DNA from: Batkoa obscura
Taxonomy: Eukaryota
Assembly (NCBI GenBank): GCA_030770535.1
Contig: JASVEC010000001.1
Coordinates: 2,232,001-2,296,000, forward strand
Length of the DNA stretch: 64,000 nt
Direction of reading: 5' to 3'
Positions 43,299-57,183 of the stretch are shown here, piece by piece. The number at the start of each line of letters is the position of its first letter. The stretch's first letter is position 1. The translations under genes and the position numbers were made by a program. The notes beneath the pieces were generated by a model. It did no database searches, had not been told where the DNA came from, and saw only the letters and a list, made by a program, of their open reading frames with translations.

Positions 43299-43400
43299 AT
43301 AGGAATGTTTCTTTTGATTTCATTACTTTTCCATTTTTTAAGCACTATTTGAGTGGGAAAATTGTTAGTAAAATTTTTAAATACAAAAATATATCCCCAT
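43299..43400 (+). mobile_element. MITE-like repeat, copy 4
   Basis: ATAGGAATGT...ATATCCCCAT with shared core. Confidence 0.85.
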
Positions 43401-43451
43401 ATTCTAAAGTGAAAAACTATTAAGTATTTTTACTTTATGTTGATTAACTAC

Positions 43452-43557
43452 ATGGGGATGTATTTTTAGGTTTAGGAATTTTACTAACAATTTTCCCACT
43501 CAAATAGTGCTTAAAGGATGAAAAAAGTAATGAAGCCAAAAAAACACCCCCCCCCAT
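43452..43557 (-). mobile_element. MITE-like repeat, copy 5 (inverted relative to copy 4)
   Basis: ATGGGGATGT...ACACCCCCCCCCAT; core is the reverse complement of copies 1-4. Confidence 0.88.
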
Positions 43558-43601
43558 ATATTTAATATTGATCACTTATTAGTGAATTATTATGTCAATA
43601 T

Positions 43602-43703
43602 ATGGGAATGTATTTTCTCATTTAATAGTTTTACTAGCAATCTTTCCATTCAAATAGCGCTTGAAAAAATAGAAAAGTAATGAAATAAAAAAAACATCCC
43701 CAT
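43602..43703 (-). mobile_element. MITE-like repeat, copy 6
   Basis: ATGGGAATGT...ACATCCCCAT. Confidence 0.85.
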
Positions 43704-44038
43704 ATATTATAAATTGATAAATCAGTTACTTGTAGTAACATATTAAAATAAAACAACGCAAAGACTCATGGAATCTAGTTAAAATCCAATATTTTCCCAC
43801 TCAGTTTTGCTGACTTTATCCCTTCGATAACTCAACATCAGTAATAATATTCAATTAAAACAATACTGTGTCATTCTCTTTTATTAAATAAATAATAGCT
43901 AAAATATTGACACATTACAACAAACTTATAAGATGAGCATATATAAAAACAATGATCAAGTTCTATATACAATTCCTCCAAGCTTCCAGACTTTTTCTTT
44001 AAACTCCGTTGATAAGGACTTTGATATTTATTAAACAT

Positions 44039-44138
44039 ATAGGGGTATTTTTAGCTTCACTACTTTTTCCATCCTTTAAGCACTATTTGAGCGGAAAAAT
44101 TGTTAATAAAGTTCTTAAATATAAAAATATATCCCCAT
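44039..44138 (+). mobile_element. MITE-like repeat, copy 7
   Basis: ATAGGGGTAT...ATATCCCCAT with shared core. Confidence 0.85.
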
Positions 44139-45178
44139 ATAGCCAAAAACTATAAATACTACCTAAGTGTTATATTTTTTAGATCATACAAAGTTATAGT
44201 TGGATTTAAAAGTAAAAAAGATAAAGAATTATCCTTAAGCCAAAAATGGGAAGCTAATGAATATAAAATCCCATCAGTTAAAACATGCCATACCTCAGAA
44301 ATTATCGTGTGTTTGACATTATTGAATATTGGGAATGAATTTATAGGAAAAAAGTTAGAGCAAAATCAACACCAAGTTTTTGTATTTATGGAAAAATTAT
44401 CTCATGTATACCATTAGTGAAAAATGTACATTCTTATCATTCTAATATTATAATAATATCTCTTATACTAAATGATGAAATATTATATAACAAGCTAGTA
44501 ATACCAACTCAGTTAATAAATAAAAACTTTTTACTTGTATGTATCCTTTGTGGAGAAACTAACTATAAGAAACATCAATACAGAAGTATCCAAAGTTCAG
44601 AAAAATTATTTAATTCATAGAAAAAATTTAAATAATAATTTGCAATTTAAAATATTACTATTTTAACTTATTTATAACAACTTATATTTTACGCTTTATT
44701 AAAATATTTTAATAATAAAAGCAACTTAAGCCTTATTATAGCTAAAAGTTTAAACATTATGTTAATAGAAGTTTAAATTTTTTATTATATTCATATCATG
44801 ATTTTTTTTATTTTGCATTTGTTATTATTCTGATATGTTTCTATTCTAATTATTTGCGAAATAAAACTACATTGACTTAAATATCTGACTAATTTATTAA
44901 CAATTTTAATTTATTTGAAATTGTAATTTTTTAAAAATAAAAAAACATCTTTTAAAGGAAATGAGGATGCCAAGTGAATTGCATAAAATAAAGCCAATTA
45001 AAAAGACACTGTTGGTTCCTAGTTAAAAACAAGATTAGCCAAATAAACTGCGAGGAAAACTCAGTAAACTGCGAAAACTTAAAATCCCATTATAAAATTA
45101 ACATTTAAGCATAACTAGAAACAAATTAGAAATTGAATAAATTTGTTATTGGAATAAACCAAATAATAAACTTACAAA

Positions 45179-46815
<1,637 letters not shown>

Positions 46816-47281
46816 GTTGTTATAGAGCTGCCTTGTGTCTAAATTAATTTTTACAGATTAAAATAAAATCAAAAAATTAATTATGTGAATTAAAGATAAA
46901 TATTTAAATTCGTTCAAAACCAGCCTATAATGTTGGAATTATGGTAGTTTAAAGCTTTTTATTATGGATAAAAAGTTAGCTTATAAGATTAATAGGTTTA
47001 CTATATTCAGTTTAACTTAAATAATGACTATAATACTTTTAGTTTAATGTACAATATCTACATCTTGTATTTAAATAACAATTATATCTTATAACATTAA
47101 ATCAATTTTAATCATTTTAAATTTTAATAAAGTGCCTGCCTTCAAAAGCTATCAATCTTTACCATAGATAACGCTGCTAATCAATAGACTCCTATTTTAT
47201 CCAAAAATATTAAATAAAACTATTTGTCTCTAATTTTATTATGGCTTACTATTAAAATCAATCAATTTCCTTTTGTAACTT

Positions 47282-48054
47282 TTAAAGTTCATCATCATCA
47301 TCATCCAAAACAAAACCATCTGAAGTAGCAATTTGTTGTAAAGTATATTCATTATCGAACTGACCAGGGGAGCTCGATCCGTTGGCCATTCTTGAACTTA
47401 AACTAGTAAAGTCAATCGTGTTTTCACGTGCACTTAAATTTCTTTTGTTCCTATAGTAAAATAATATTAAAATCAATGGCTTAATAAAAGTAAAATTGAT
47501 TTACTTTCTTAACGCAAATAAAAGACGAATAAATTGTACAATACTACGGATAGCAATTATTACTGTTTCTATTATCTCTTCGCTTCTGGCTCCTTGCGAA
47601 CAGCCTGAGGCCAATATTATAAGCGTTATTACACATAATAATACCAATACTAAGTCAATAATATTTGATTTTGATTCCCAATACGACTAAAATGGATAAT
47701 TAATTACGTTGCTTTTTAACCTATAAACTTACATAGCCTTCAGCAATAATCCTTATACTAACTTCAATGATCATCACGATATTAATTAAAACTTCTAGAA
47801 CTATAAACCATGTGGAAGGGCTTAAATATAGTTGATTAATTTATGAATTTGAACATTATTTAAAAAACTACCATGTGTCTTCTACTATGGACTATAATAA
47901 AAAACATTAGGGATTATATATTATAAAGAAAGTGCTTTGTTACCAAGATCATAGTTACTAGAGATAACAAAAACATGGAGATATATAGGATGGTATAAAA
48001 CCTTGAATAAAGTAGTCGGTTTGCAAAGCTATGAACTATCTCTTTGAAGCTCAT
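47282..48054 (-). CDS. Small 4-TM protein resembling an isolated voltage-sensor (Ion_trans S1-S4) domain; 4 introns
   Basis: Spliced: ...FYTILYISMFLLSLVTMIL|SIVEDTC|PSTWFIVLEVLINIVMIIEVSIRII...WESKSNIIDLVLVLL...IIAIRSIVQFIRLLFALRK|NKR. Confidence 0.7.
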
Positions 48055-48551
48055 ATTATGCTGAGTTACATGAGTCCTATAATATTGATCTTTAATTTAA
48101 TTCAATTTGTTTTTTATTGTTGGTTACCTTCCCGTTTCTAAATTATTATATTCCATTATTTCAAAAGGTTAAAATTTTTAAAAAAAAAGTTAAAATAGTA
48201 ATTCGTAGCTATTTAATTTGTTTTATAAATCCTTGGCTTTGGAATTAAGCTGTGAATAACACTTGAAATTATAATAAAGTTATAAATAACTAATGACTAT
48301 ATCCGGTTCTATTAACCAAATCATAATTTATAATTACAACATTAAAATAAATATAGTACTTCATATAATTTATTTTGATATTTACTTATAATTTTCATAA
48401 ATTCTTAAGTCACTAGCGATAAAGTTGAATTAATATATTATATTAAAACACATTTAATAACTATTTCTTATTATTAAATCTTACAATAACTTAATGATTA
48501 GAAAAAATTAAATTATTTATTAAAGCCACAGCGACTAAACAAAAGCTAACA

Positions 48552-49508
48552 TTAAGCTACTTTAGAAGCTGGCTTTCTCCATCTTAGGGAGAAAGCAAAG
48601 ATATTAACCATAGCGCAGAGAGCAATAATGGAGATACACCAAAAAAAGCCTAAGATATCAGAAAGGCAGCCCATGGGTGGAGAACCTGGTTGCACGTTTC
48701 TTAAGTTAGTAATAGCGAAAAGGATAGTGGTACCCATTGCTAAAAAGGCAGGGTTTTCTCTACGATTTATTACAACATCAAAAGTAACTATGGATAATGA
48801 AATAGCCAAAGACCACATGATTAAGCTAATAAAAATTGAAAAAACTTTAGTGGCTATTGGCTGTTCCACTAAGATAGCTACCCCTACAGACTCCAAATCG
48901 GTGTATTGAAAACTGTTACGAATCTCACTATCAAATTCACTAATTTTTTCAATCCTTATTGAAGGAGAATATATCTGTAATGAAGGTTCAAAATCTATTA
49001 CTAAAGGTATATGTTGTTTTTTACTATCTTGACAATTTACTGTGAACCTAGAGATAAATTGTTCAAATGGATAATCTAAAATATTGCCCATAACCATCGG
49101 TACCTTTAAGCTAATTGGTGGTACTGGCTTATCCTTAGTTAATACAGAGTTGGTATAAACAAAATCACAACTCATATTTGAAACTGGTAGTCCAACCTCA
49201 GTAGCATAGTCTTTACCATATAGTTTAATACTTGCATACAAATTAATATTCCTAGTTATTGCTTCAACATTATAAAATCCGAAGTTGATATATATCCCAT
49301 TAAATTTGCTTTCATCTATAGCCCCATCAGAATTAATGATATCTTTATCTGCATATAAGCCAAGCAGCGGATCGTCTTTGTTCAATATCCTTGTTATTAA
49401 AATCGGCAACACTATTCCAAACCATAGCAATATTCCGAGTGCTGATACGATTAAGTTTTTTCTATTCGAGAGTAAACTTGTTGTAGTCCCTTTCTTAGCT
49501 GTTTCCAT
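48552..49508 (-). CDS. DUF4436-family membrane protein, intronless
   Basis: N-terminal TM, DYPFEQF, three C-terminal TMs with LFAITNLRNVQPGSPPMGCLSDILGFFW; likely start is METAKK at 49508. Confidence 0.8.
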   Translation of the reverse strand: METAKKGTTTSLLSNRKNLIVSALGILLWFGIVLPILITRILNKDDPLLGLYADKDIINSDGAIDESKFNGIYINFGFYNVEAITRNINLYASIKLYGKDYATEVGLPVSNMSCDFVYTNSVLTKDKPVPPISLKVPMVMGNILDYPFEQFISRFTVNCQDSKKQHIPLVIDFEPSLQIYSPSIRIEKISEFDSEIRNSFQYTDLESVGVAILVEQPIATKVFSIFISLIMWSLAISLSIVTFDVVINRRENPAFLAMGTTILFAITNLRNVQPGSPPMGCLSDILGFFWCISIIALCAMVNIFAFSLRWRKPASKVA

Positions 49509-50237
49509 TATAAATTGAATAAAAAAATAAATCCTTAATTTATATTTATTGTTAATATGTTCTTTTATCAAGTAATTTATTAATTTTATTATAAATTATT
49601 TTTCTTTTGGTGCTATTACTATATTTGGCAAAAAATTCCAAAGTTTAGGTTTTACAATAACTAACTTTTGAAATTAGATTCAAATGACTCCATAATAATC
49701 AAATGCTAGCCTTTCAATAATAATAAAGTAAAATAAATTGGCTGAACTAGACTTTTTTATATTCGGCTTCAGAAAACTTTATATCCATCAATAGTATATA
49801 TCAACCTTTTAGCACTGGATACACTAAAATGTATTGAACAAAGTACATTGATGAATTTCGCATTAATTAAAATAAATTTTAATAAAAGCATTGTTAAAAA
49901 ATATATCGCTTCTTCATAATAATAATAAATATTATATTCATAAGATAAAAATATGAGAAACATCTCCAAGTAATACATTTAAAGCTGAGATTATTTGAAA
50001 TATCATTCACAGTATTTTTTTGTAATCAAACTATTCTGAATTAATCAGCAAACATAATATTTAATAAAAACGAATAAATATACCAAAAGCATTATTCTCC
50101 TCTAAAAATACAAACATTTAATTCTATCGTTGTAAAAAAGAACTAATCACTTAATAAACTAACTTGTAATAAAATCAATCATTTCAAACTATTTTTACTT
50201 GAATATTTGAGCCTAACGATAGTCTTATTACAAATGC

Positions 50238-50772
50238 TTAATTATAACCTTCATCTTGATCCTCATAAATCCTGTTGACACTTCCATCTCTAGGGATATA
50301 AGGTATACCTCTTGATTCTAACTCATCTTCTACATCATCTGGGATTCTGCCAAACACCTGGAGTGCATATAGTCCAGGCTGAAAAGAATCTTGAAATAAA
50401 TTTAGTTTAAAATAAAATTCCAACTTTAGATTTTACCTATATGTTGAAATCGACATGCCCACGAGTTCTGAGGTCTTAAAGCGGCTATCATTCTAATACT
50501 TTTTAATATTTTAATTACTGGGTTGTTGTTATTTTTTACCCCTTAAAGTTATTTGTTGTACATTCATTAACACGGTTCGCCTTTCTTTTCATTCGTAATA
50601 TCTCTTCACAGTTTTCACAACCATTCGCTTTAAATAAATGCGCACTCTATATAGAAAAAGTGATAGATTAGCTTCCTTTTTGTATTATTTCGATCGATAG
50701 TACCTTCACCAAAGAACACAAAAGACATGCTCTCAACGTTCTAAAATCTTCTGGGATAACACTATAATTCAT
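50238..50772 (-). CDS. SPT4: Transcription elongation factor Spt4; 3 introns
   Basis: [11 protein letters not shown]...ANGCENCE...ECTN...SWACRFQ...[13 protein letters not shown]...YIPRDGS. Confidence 0.93.
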
Positions 50773-50843
50773 TACGATTTATCAAAAAATAATAATTTAA
50801 TTTTTTGGATTTTCATTTTCTAAGCTCCATTTTATTTTTTGAA

Positions 50844-52221
50844 ATGTCAAATTATCCTCTAGTGTTTCAACAAGGAAGTATTAATGACTCAGTGAAATCT
50901 AAACTAATTGAAATAGACCCAGAAATATCGAAAGACTTTGAAGACTTGCTAGATATCAGTAAGAAATCAAAGTAATAGACTATTGTTATTGAATATATAC
51001 TTGAAACTCATCATCAATTTTAGTTTAAGTTTCAAAGGAGAGCCTTCAGAAGAAGTAGTATTATGTTCAGCCGATAAAACATACCTAATAAAACAAGCTC
51101 CGACCTCGGACAGTTTATTAATCACAGAGATTAAAAATAAGGATTACAATGTCTCAAAGATATTAAATAATACTCATATAATGGAGTTGATACCAGGAAG
51201 ACTATTGAAAGCTTATCAACTAATTGAAAGAAGTAGTTATAACGGGGTTCATAATGAACATAAGATTGATCCTTTAAAAGTAATCTTGAATTATGTACAT
51301 TTTTGTTGTTTATATTTTAAAAAAGTTACTTAGTTTAGAGCAAATTAAATATTCAGTTCAAGCAAGTGATAAAGAGATCGAAGAATATTTAAAAGAGTTA
51401 AACGCAATTGATTTAGATGGTAACTTTTAATAGATGGTATCAACTAATTTTGATTCAAATTTTTAGGGAAAATAAGGCTTGTGAATAGCGACTATTTATA
51501 TGATTTACTAGATATGCTTTTAAGCTATACATCTTCATTAGGATTAAATAATAGCCAATTTGAAAAACAAGTGATCTTTGATTTTATTGACAATCAAGGC
51601 ATCGATCCTATTGTTTTTAGACACTGCTTTTATTGTTTTACTTCAGTGAATCCAGGTAATAGTGATATATAGCAGCAAAACTTAATATAACATATTCAAA
51701 AATAGATGGTAAATACTCACTAAATAAAGTTAAAATAGCAAGGTTTGTAGGTTTATTAATAATGAATGAAAAAAGGGCTCGGTCTGCTGTAATAAAGATT
51801 GTTATTTATTTACTTCATTCTAATACTTAAACTAGGGTCCAATTTCCATTTATGATTTCCTACAAACTTGGAATGAAAAGCTAAGTGAATTTGAATTAAA
51901 TATGGACTTGTTAAATGTAATTAATCAATACTAAGTATAAATTGTACTAATAAAAATACAAATTAGGGGCTATACTACAGAGATAGTAAATTCAATGAAT
52001 ATATATACCCTATAAATCCATTATTGTTGCCATATGATATAAAAGAAAGGTTCCAAGCTATTTATAATATAAAAAATCCATGGCAAGAAGAAGAATTAAA
52101 AGGGATCATGGAACCATTATTAATTAATTATGATATTAGAGAAAAAGGATTGATTTATTTGAAATACTGTAAATTTATAATTCAAGAAGGGAAAACATTA
52201 TTATATAAGAAAATGAAATAA
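50844..52221 (+). CDS. DCC1: Sister chromatid cohesion protein Dcc1; many introns
   Basis: FKGEPSEEVVLCSADKTYLIKQAPTSDSLL, VQASDKEI, LPYDIKERFQAIY...W. Confidence 0.88.
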
Positions 52222-52262
52222 ACAAAAGATAATAAACGTCTAGATTGATACAACTAAATATA

Positions 52263-53192
52263 CTAATTTAATATTAATTTCGTTTCTGGTTTAAAAATAT
52301 GATAGATGAAAATAGGTTCATCATGAATAACTGAGTCACCATTCTTTTTTAGCGATAAATCAGGCTTTTCTATCATTATAGCCTCTAATCCCCAATCATC
52401 TAATAATGGTTGAATGGTTCTTTTTGGACTATAAAGTAAAAAGCTTAACTTTTATTTTGAACTTTACGTATTTAATTGTTTACCTTCTTTCACAATAAGT
52501 TGTTATAAAATTAGCATTTGGATTTTTTTCTAATAAAAATGCAACTGTGGCAATTAAAGGCTCAAAATCTAGTTGGGTTTAGTTGGATTTTACTATATTT
52601 TGTAATATATATTTAAACTACCTTCTCTGTTATAGAATGTATCTGACCCGATAATAACATCGATATTATCTAGATTGAATAAGCCTTCCGATATTATACC
52701 CCACTCTATTGGCATAGTACAAATATTGTCATTTAGGTTATTTAATTCTACATTTTTTCTTAAACTTGATAATATATCACTTGATTCTATGCTATCTGTT
52801 AGATATACTTTTTTTGCACCAAGCCTTGAACATAGTAACCCACATAATCCTAAACCTGATCCTAACTTTGAAATTTATTATAAGCTTCAATGGTATAAAT
52901 AGTCTTAATTTACTTCTACTACTGTACTGTTCTTTATTTTTTCTCGTTTTATAAATAAGAAATCCGATAACACTTCACCACAAGTCCATACTTTATTACC
53001 AATAGCTTTGTAGTTCCCCTTTAAAGTGATTAATCATTAATATTTTATTTTTGAAGTTGTATTTTATTTTTTGCCATCATATTTGATTTTTGAAGTTATA
53101 CCTACTTGCTCAACAATTATTTCTACTGGATTGTCCCCTTCTAACTGACTTTGTGAGCCTGGCTGAAACGTATATGTTGTTTGTTGTGACAT
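52263..53192 (-). CDS. SAM-dependent protein-lysine methyltransferase (Methyltransf_16; METTL21/23-like); 4 introns
   Basis: GNKVWTCGEVLS, VVE|LGSGLGLCGL, IEWG, IIGSDTFY. Confidence 0.85.
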
Positions 53193-53839
53193 TTTAAAAG
53201 ATATGTTTTTATTTTCATGGTTGAACTGCCTTTTGTTCTTTATAGCCAATGAAATTTAATTAAGCCTTGAGATGACATCTTATTTTTATATTAAAAATTA
53301 ACTTGACTACTTTTAATAACATTATATTTCTTGTTTCTTATTTTATCTATTAACTTGATATTTAAAAAAATACAAAGGGTTAGTAAAAGATTAATTTATT
53401 TACAACAAAAAAATACAAATAATTATTTTTAATATATGCTCTCAACTTTTATTAATAAAAATACTTTAATCTTTATTTTTTTAAATTAAAACTAAGCCAA
53501 GTTTTTAATAAAAAAGTTTTTAAATTTAAGGAAACAAACTAAATTTCTCACACCAACATAATCTCCCTTTGGATTGTTCCATCGAAAACGAAATGGGGTT
53601 TTGGGGATCTTAGACTTTATTGCTTAAGCCAATGGATTAAATTTGAATCACAAAGTGGGAAGTATTTTTTAGGCACAAAGTATTTTTTTCCACTAAAATT
53701 GCTAACTTAACAAAAAGAAGAACCTAACTATAGTTTAAATTCAATTTTATAGTTGCTTACTAAATACTATTCCTTTTTTATTCATTCCAATTATTATTTT
53801 CAAACTTATCATTCAACTAACTTGCACCTAAAATAAACT

Positions 53840-55336
53840 ATGAGCAATAAACAAGCTGGTAAATTCATGTCATAGTATAAATAAAATACTAAACCGAATT
53901 TAAGTTGATTTACAAGCTAATGAAGAGGTTTCAGTTGCGGCTAACGACGGTTTAACAGGAGAAGTTTGCAGTCTTTCTTATACTAAATTTAAGGCTATTG
54001 GTAATGGCTCTTTTGGTGTAGTTTACCAAGCTCGTTTGACCCATTCTGGACAGTTAGTAGCCATAAAGAAAGTATTGCAAGATAAAAGATTCAAAGTAAG
54101 TAATAGACTAGACGATCAATGAAATTCGAATAATAACTTAATACTAATAAATTATTTAGAACCGTGAACTTCAAATTATGCGTTCTGTTCGTCACCCTAA
54201 CGTTGTTGAGCTTAAGTATTATTTTTATACTAATGGTTTTCAAGTATGTTTTTTGGTTGATTCCATCGAATATAAATTTATTTATTATTTAGAAAGAGGA
54301 CATTTACCTCAATCTTGTTCTTGAATATGTCCCAGAAACGCTTTATCGATTAACCCGCCACTTTGCTCGTTCTAGCCAAACTATACCACCAATTCAAGTG
54401 AAACTTTTCACTTATCAACTTCTTCGCTCTTTGGCTTACATACATATGATTGGAATCTGTCATCGTGATATCAAGCCTCAAAATTTATTAATTGATCGTC
54501 AAACCGGAGTATTGAAATTATGCGATTTTGGGAGGTAGCTTAGTTTGTAGATTTAACTATGAATTTTTAATTAATTATTTAAAGTGCCAAAATTCTTGTT
54601 CCTGGGGAAGGTAATGTAGCCTATATCTGTTCACGCTATTATAGGGCTCCAGAATTGATTTTCGGTGCTACTAATTATACTACCCAAATAGGTATTACTA
54701 TTTTTGAATGAATTTAATAGTAGTAATTAATTTAAAAAAGATATTTGGTCTGTTGGATGTGTTATGGCCGAATTAATGTTATGTCAACCATTATTCCCAG
54801 GAGAAAGTGGGATTGATCAATTAGTTGAGATCATCAAGGTACTTGGAACCCCAGATAAGGAACAAATTCATCATATGAATCCAGCTTATGTAGACCACAA
54901 ATTTCCTCAAATTCATCCACAACCATTTTCCAAGGTAAAACTATAGCATATCCGTTATTGTAAAATTTTATTTATTTTAAATAGATCTTTAGACCCGGAA
55001 CTCCACTTGAAGCTATCGAATTCCTTCCATGCCTTTTAAACTATACACCTCGTCATAGATTAACTGCTGTTGAAGCAATGGCCCATCCTTATTTTGATGA
55101 ACTACGTGAGACTAAGGTATTATATTCGCAAGATAGGCAAATTCCAGAACTCTTTGATTTCAGTGAACAAGGTAATAAGCTAAGTAAACTACAACTAACC
55201 AAACTAAACTTTCGTTACAGAACTTTCAATCCAACCTGAAGTTAATCATCGATTGGTGCCACGTCATATTATTGCACAAATGGAAAAGGTTGGTTTAGAT
55301 ATGGTTAAATTTTTCCCAGGACTTTATAAGATATAA
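53840..55336 (+). CDS. GSK3: Glycogen synthase kinase-3 homolog; ~7 introns
   Basis: [76 protein letters not shown]. Confidence 0.96.
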
Positions 55337-55684
55337 ATCTATTGAGTTAAGAAGTTTAAATCAATCTTTTTATAAAGTTGAATTCGGTGGGTTTGTATAG
55401 TTTCTATACGTACATTTATACCCTTCTCCTAACATCTATTTTTCATTACAACTTGTTAATAATTCACCTTTCAATTATTTTTAATAAAAGATAATTTTTT
55501 TGAGTTTTACAGTGTTGCATTAGTTTAAGTTTTATTTTGTATTTTTTACTGCTTATTAATTTAAAATAATCCCTTACAAAAATATTAATAAAAATATTTT
55601 TAACATAGTTATTTTATCAAGTTTATTATTTCAATATGATCTTGAAGGTAGTGCGCATATAGCTAAACTACTTTATTTAAGAAT

Positions 55685-55785
55685 ATGGGGATGTATTTTT
55701 TCGTTTAAGAATTTTGCTAATAATCTTTCCACTTAAATAGTGCTCAAAAATGGAAAAAGTAATAAAGACAAAAAAACATCCCCAT
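55685..55785 (-). mobile_element. MITE-like repeat, copy 8
   Basis: Perfect ATATGGGGATGT...ACATCCCCATAT ends. Confidence 0.9.
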
Positions 55786-55892
55786 ATAATAATATATTAG
55801 TTTGCTGCTATGCTTTGTTCATTTCTTAACCAACTTAAAATTTGAAAATTTGATAGTTAATAGATTTTTACTAATGAAATTATTTCTAGGAT

Positions 55893-55991
55893 ATGGGGAT
55901 GTATTATATTTAACAATTTTAATAATAGTTTCCACTCAAATAGTGCTTAAAGCATGGAAAAAGTAATGAAGCCAAAAAAAAACATCCCCAT
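55893..55991 (-). mobile_element. MITE-like repeat, copy 9
   Basis: Perfect ATATGGGGATGT...ACATCCCCATAT ends. Confidence 0.9.
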
Positions 55992-57183
55992 ATTGCATAT
56001 GATAAACTACGCTTTTACATATTCGTAGATTCAAAAATTAAATATAAATACATATTTCTTTATTTATTGACAGAATTATAAAAAAGCTTGATGTTAATAA
56101 AGATAAGTAAAATAGTTAATAAACATTAACCTAAGCAATAAGGTACTAGGCAAAATAAAGTCTATGCTCAATATACTTTTAGTTTTTATTAATATTTTAA
56201 TAAATCACAAAGTATAAAACAATGAATATAGATTCAATTTTTTCCGGCATCATGTTATATCACTAAATTGATTTAAATTTTTTTGCCAATTATAACTTTC
56301 AATTTTAAATCTAATCACTGGGAATACTGTTTTTCATAACATAATAAATATGAAGATTGTTTATCATTACAGTTAGATATAGTGCTATGCATTTCAATAT
56401 TAAATAGTAATGTTAAGTGTATTTTGTTCTATTAAAATTTATCAAAAAAATACTAGCTTTTGACATCTATTAAGAATATATTTGAATATTTTGAGAAAGC
56501 GACTAGTTTTATTATAACTCAAAAAAGTCTTAATATTAAGTCTTGAGTTATTTTGTTATACTTTATTACACTATTATTTATTAATCTAAATTTAATCAAA
56601 AATAGTTTTTTTCTAATAAATTTGAATTTTCATTTGAAAACTTAAAGTTAATTTTATTATAAAAATAAGTAAAGATTTAGTTCAAATAGGACTGTATTTT
56701 TTTTTGAATAAAGCATCGCTATTATAATGTTTTAATGATAATGAAAAATTAAGGTTTGATTGATGTTTCTGATATTTTTGTTATTATAAAATTGGTTCTT
56801 TTTCAATATTCAAATGAACTTTTTCCTTATTGAATATCAAAAGTTAGTATTCTTTAAAACTATTTATCAATACTCTAGATATCTATTTAATATGTTTTAT
56901 GATTTTTTTCAGCATTTTTAAAAAAGTTAGACATGAATCAAAGATAATATAATATAATTATTATAATATCTCTAGTAACTTAAGTTCAACTTAAGTTTGC
57001 AAAGTTTACTAAAACGTCATAAGCATAACCCAGCTTTTGAAAAAGTGGAGACTAATTTGACAAGTGTTGTTCTTAAGTGCAACATCATAAAAAGCACAGT
57101 AAGTTAATAAGCAATATTTGTAATAAAGAAAAGAAATTTAAAATGTTCTTTATATAAATAATTTCATAAATAAATAAAGTAAA

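Noticed and set aside
42768..44138. CRISPR-like repeat-spacer appearance of the repeat cluster
   Set aside because: Repeats are ~100 bp, divergent, in mixed orientation, have TIRs and are dispersed elsewhere; the context is eukaryotic with no cas genes.
44100..44620. Two short + strand ORFs after MITE copy 7 as a possible transposase remnant
   Set aside because: No DDE, HTH or other recognisable motif; non-ATG starts; the first begins inside the repeat.
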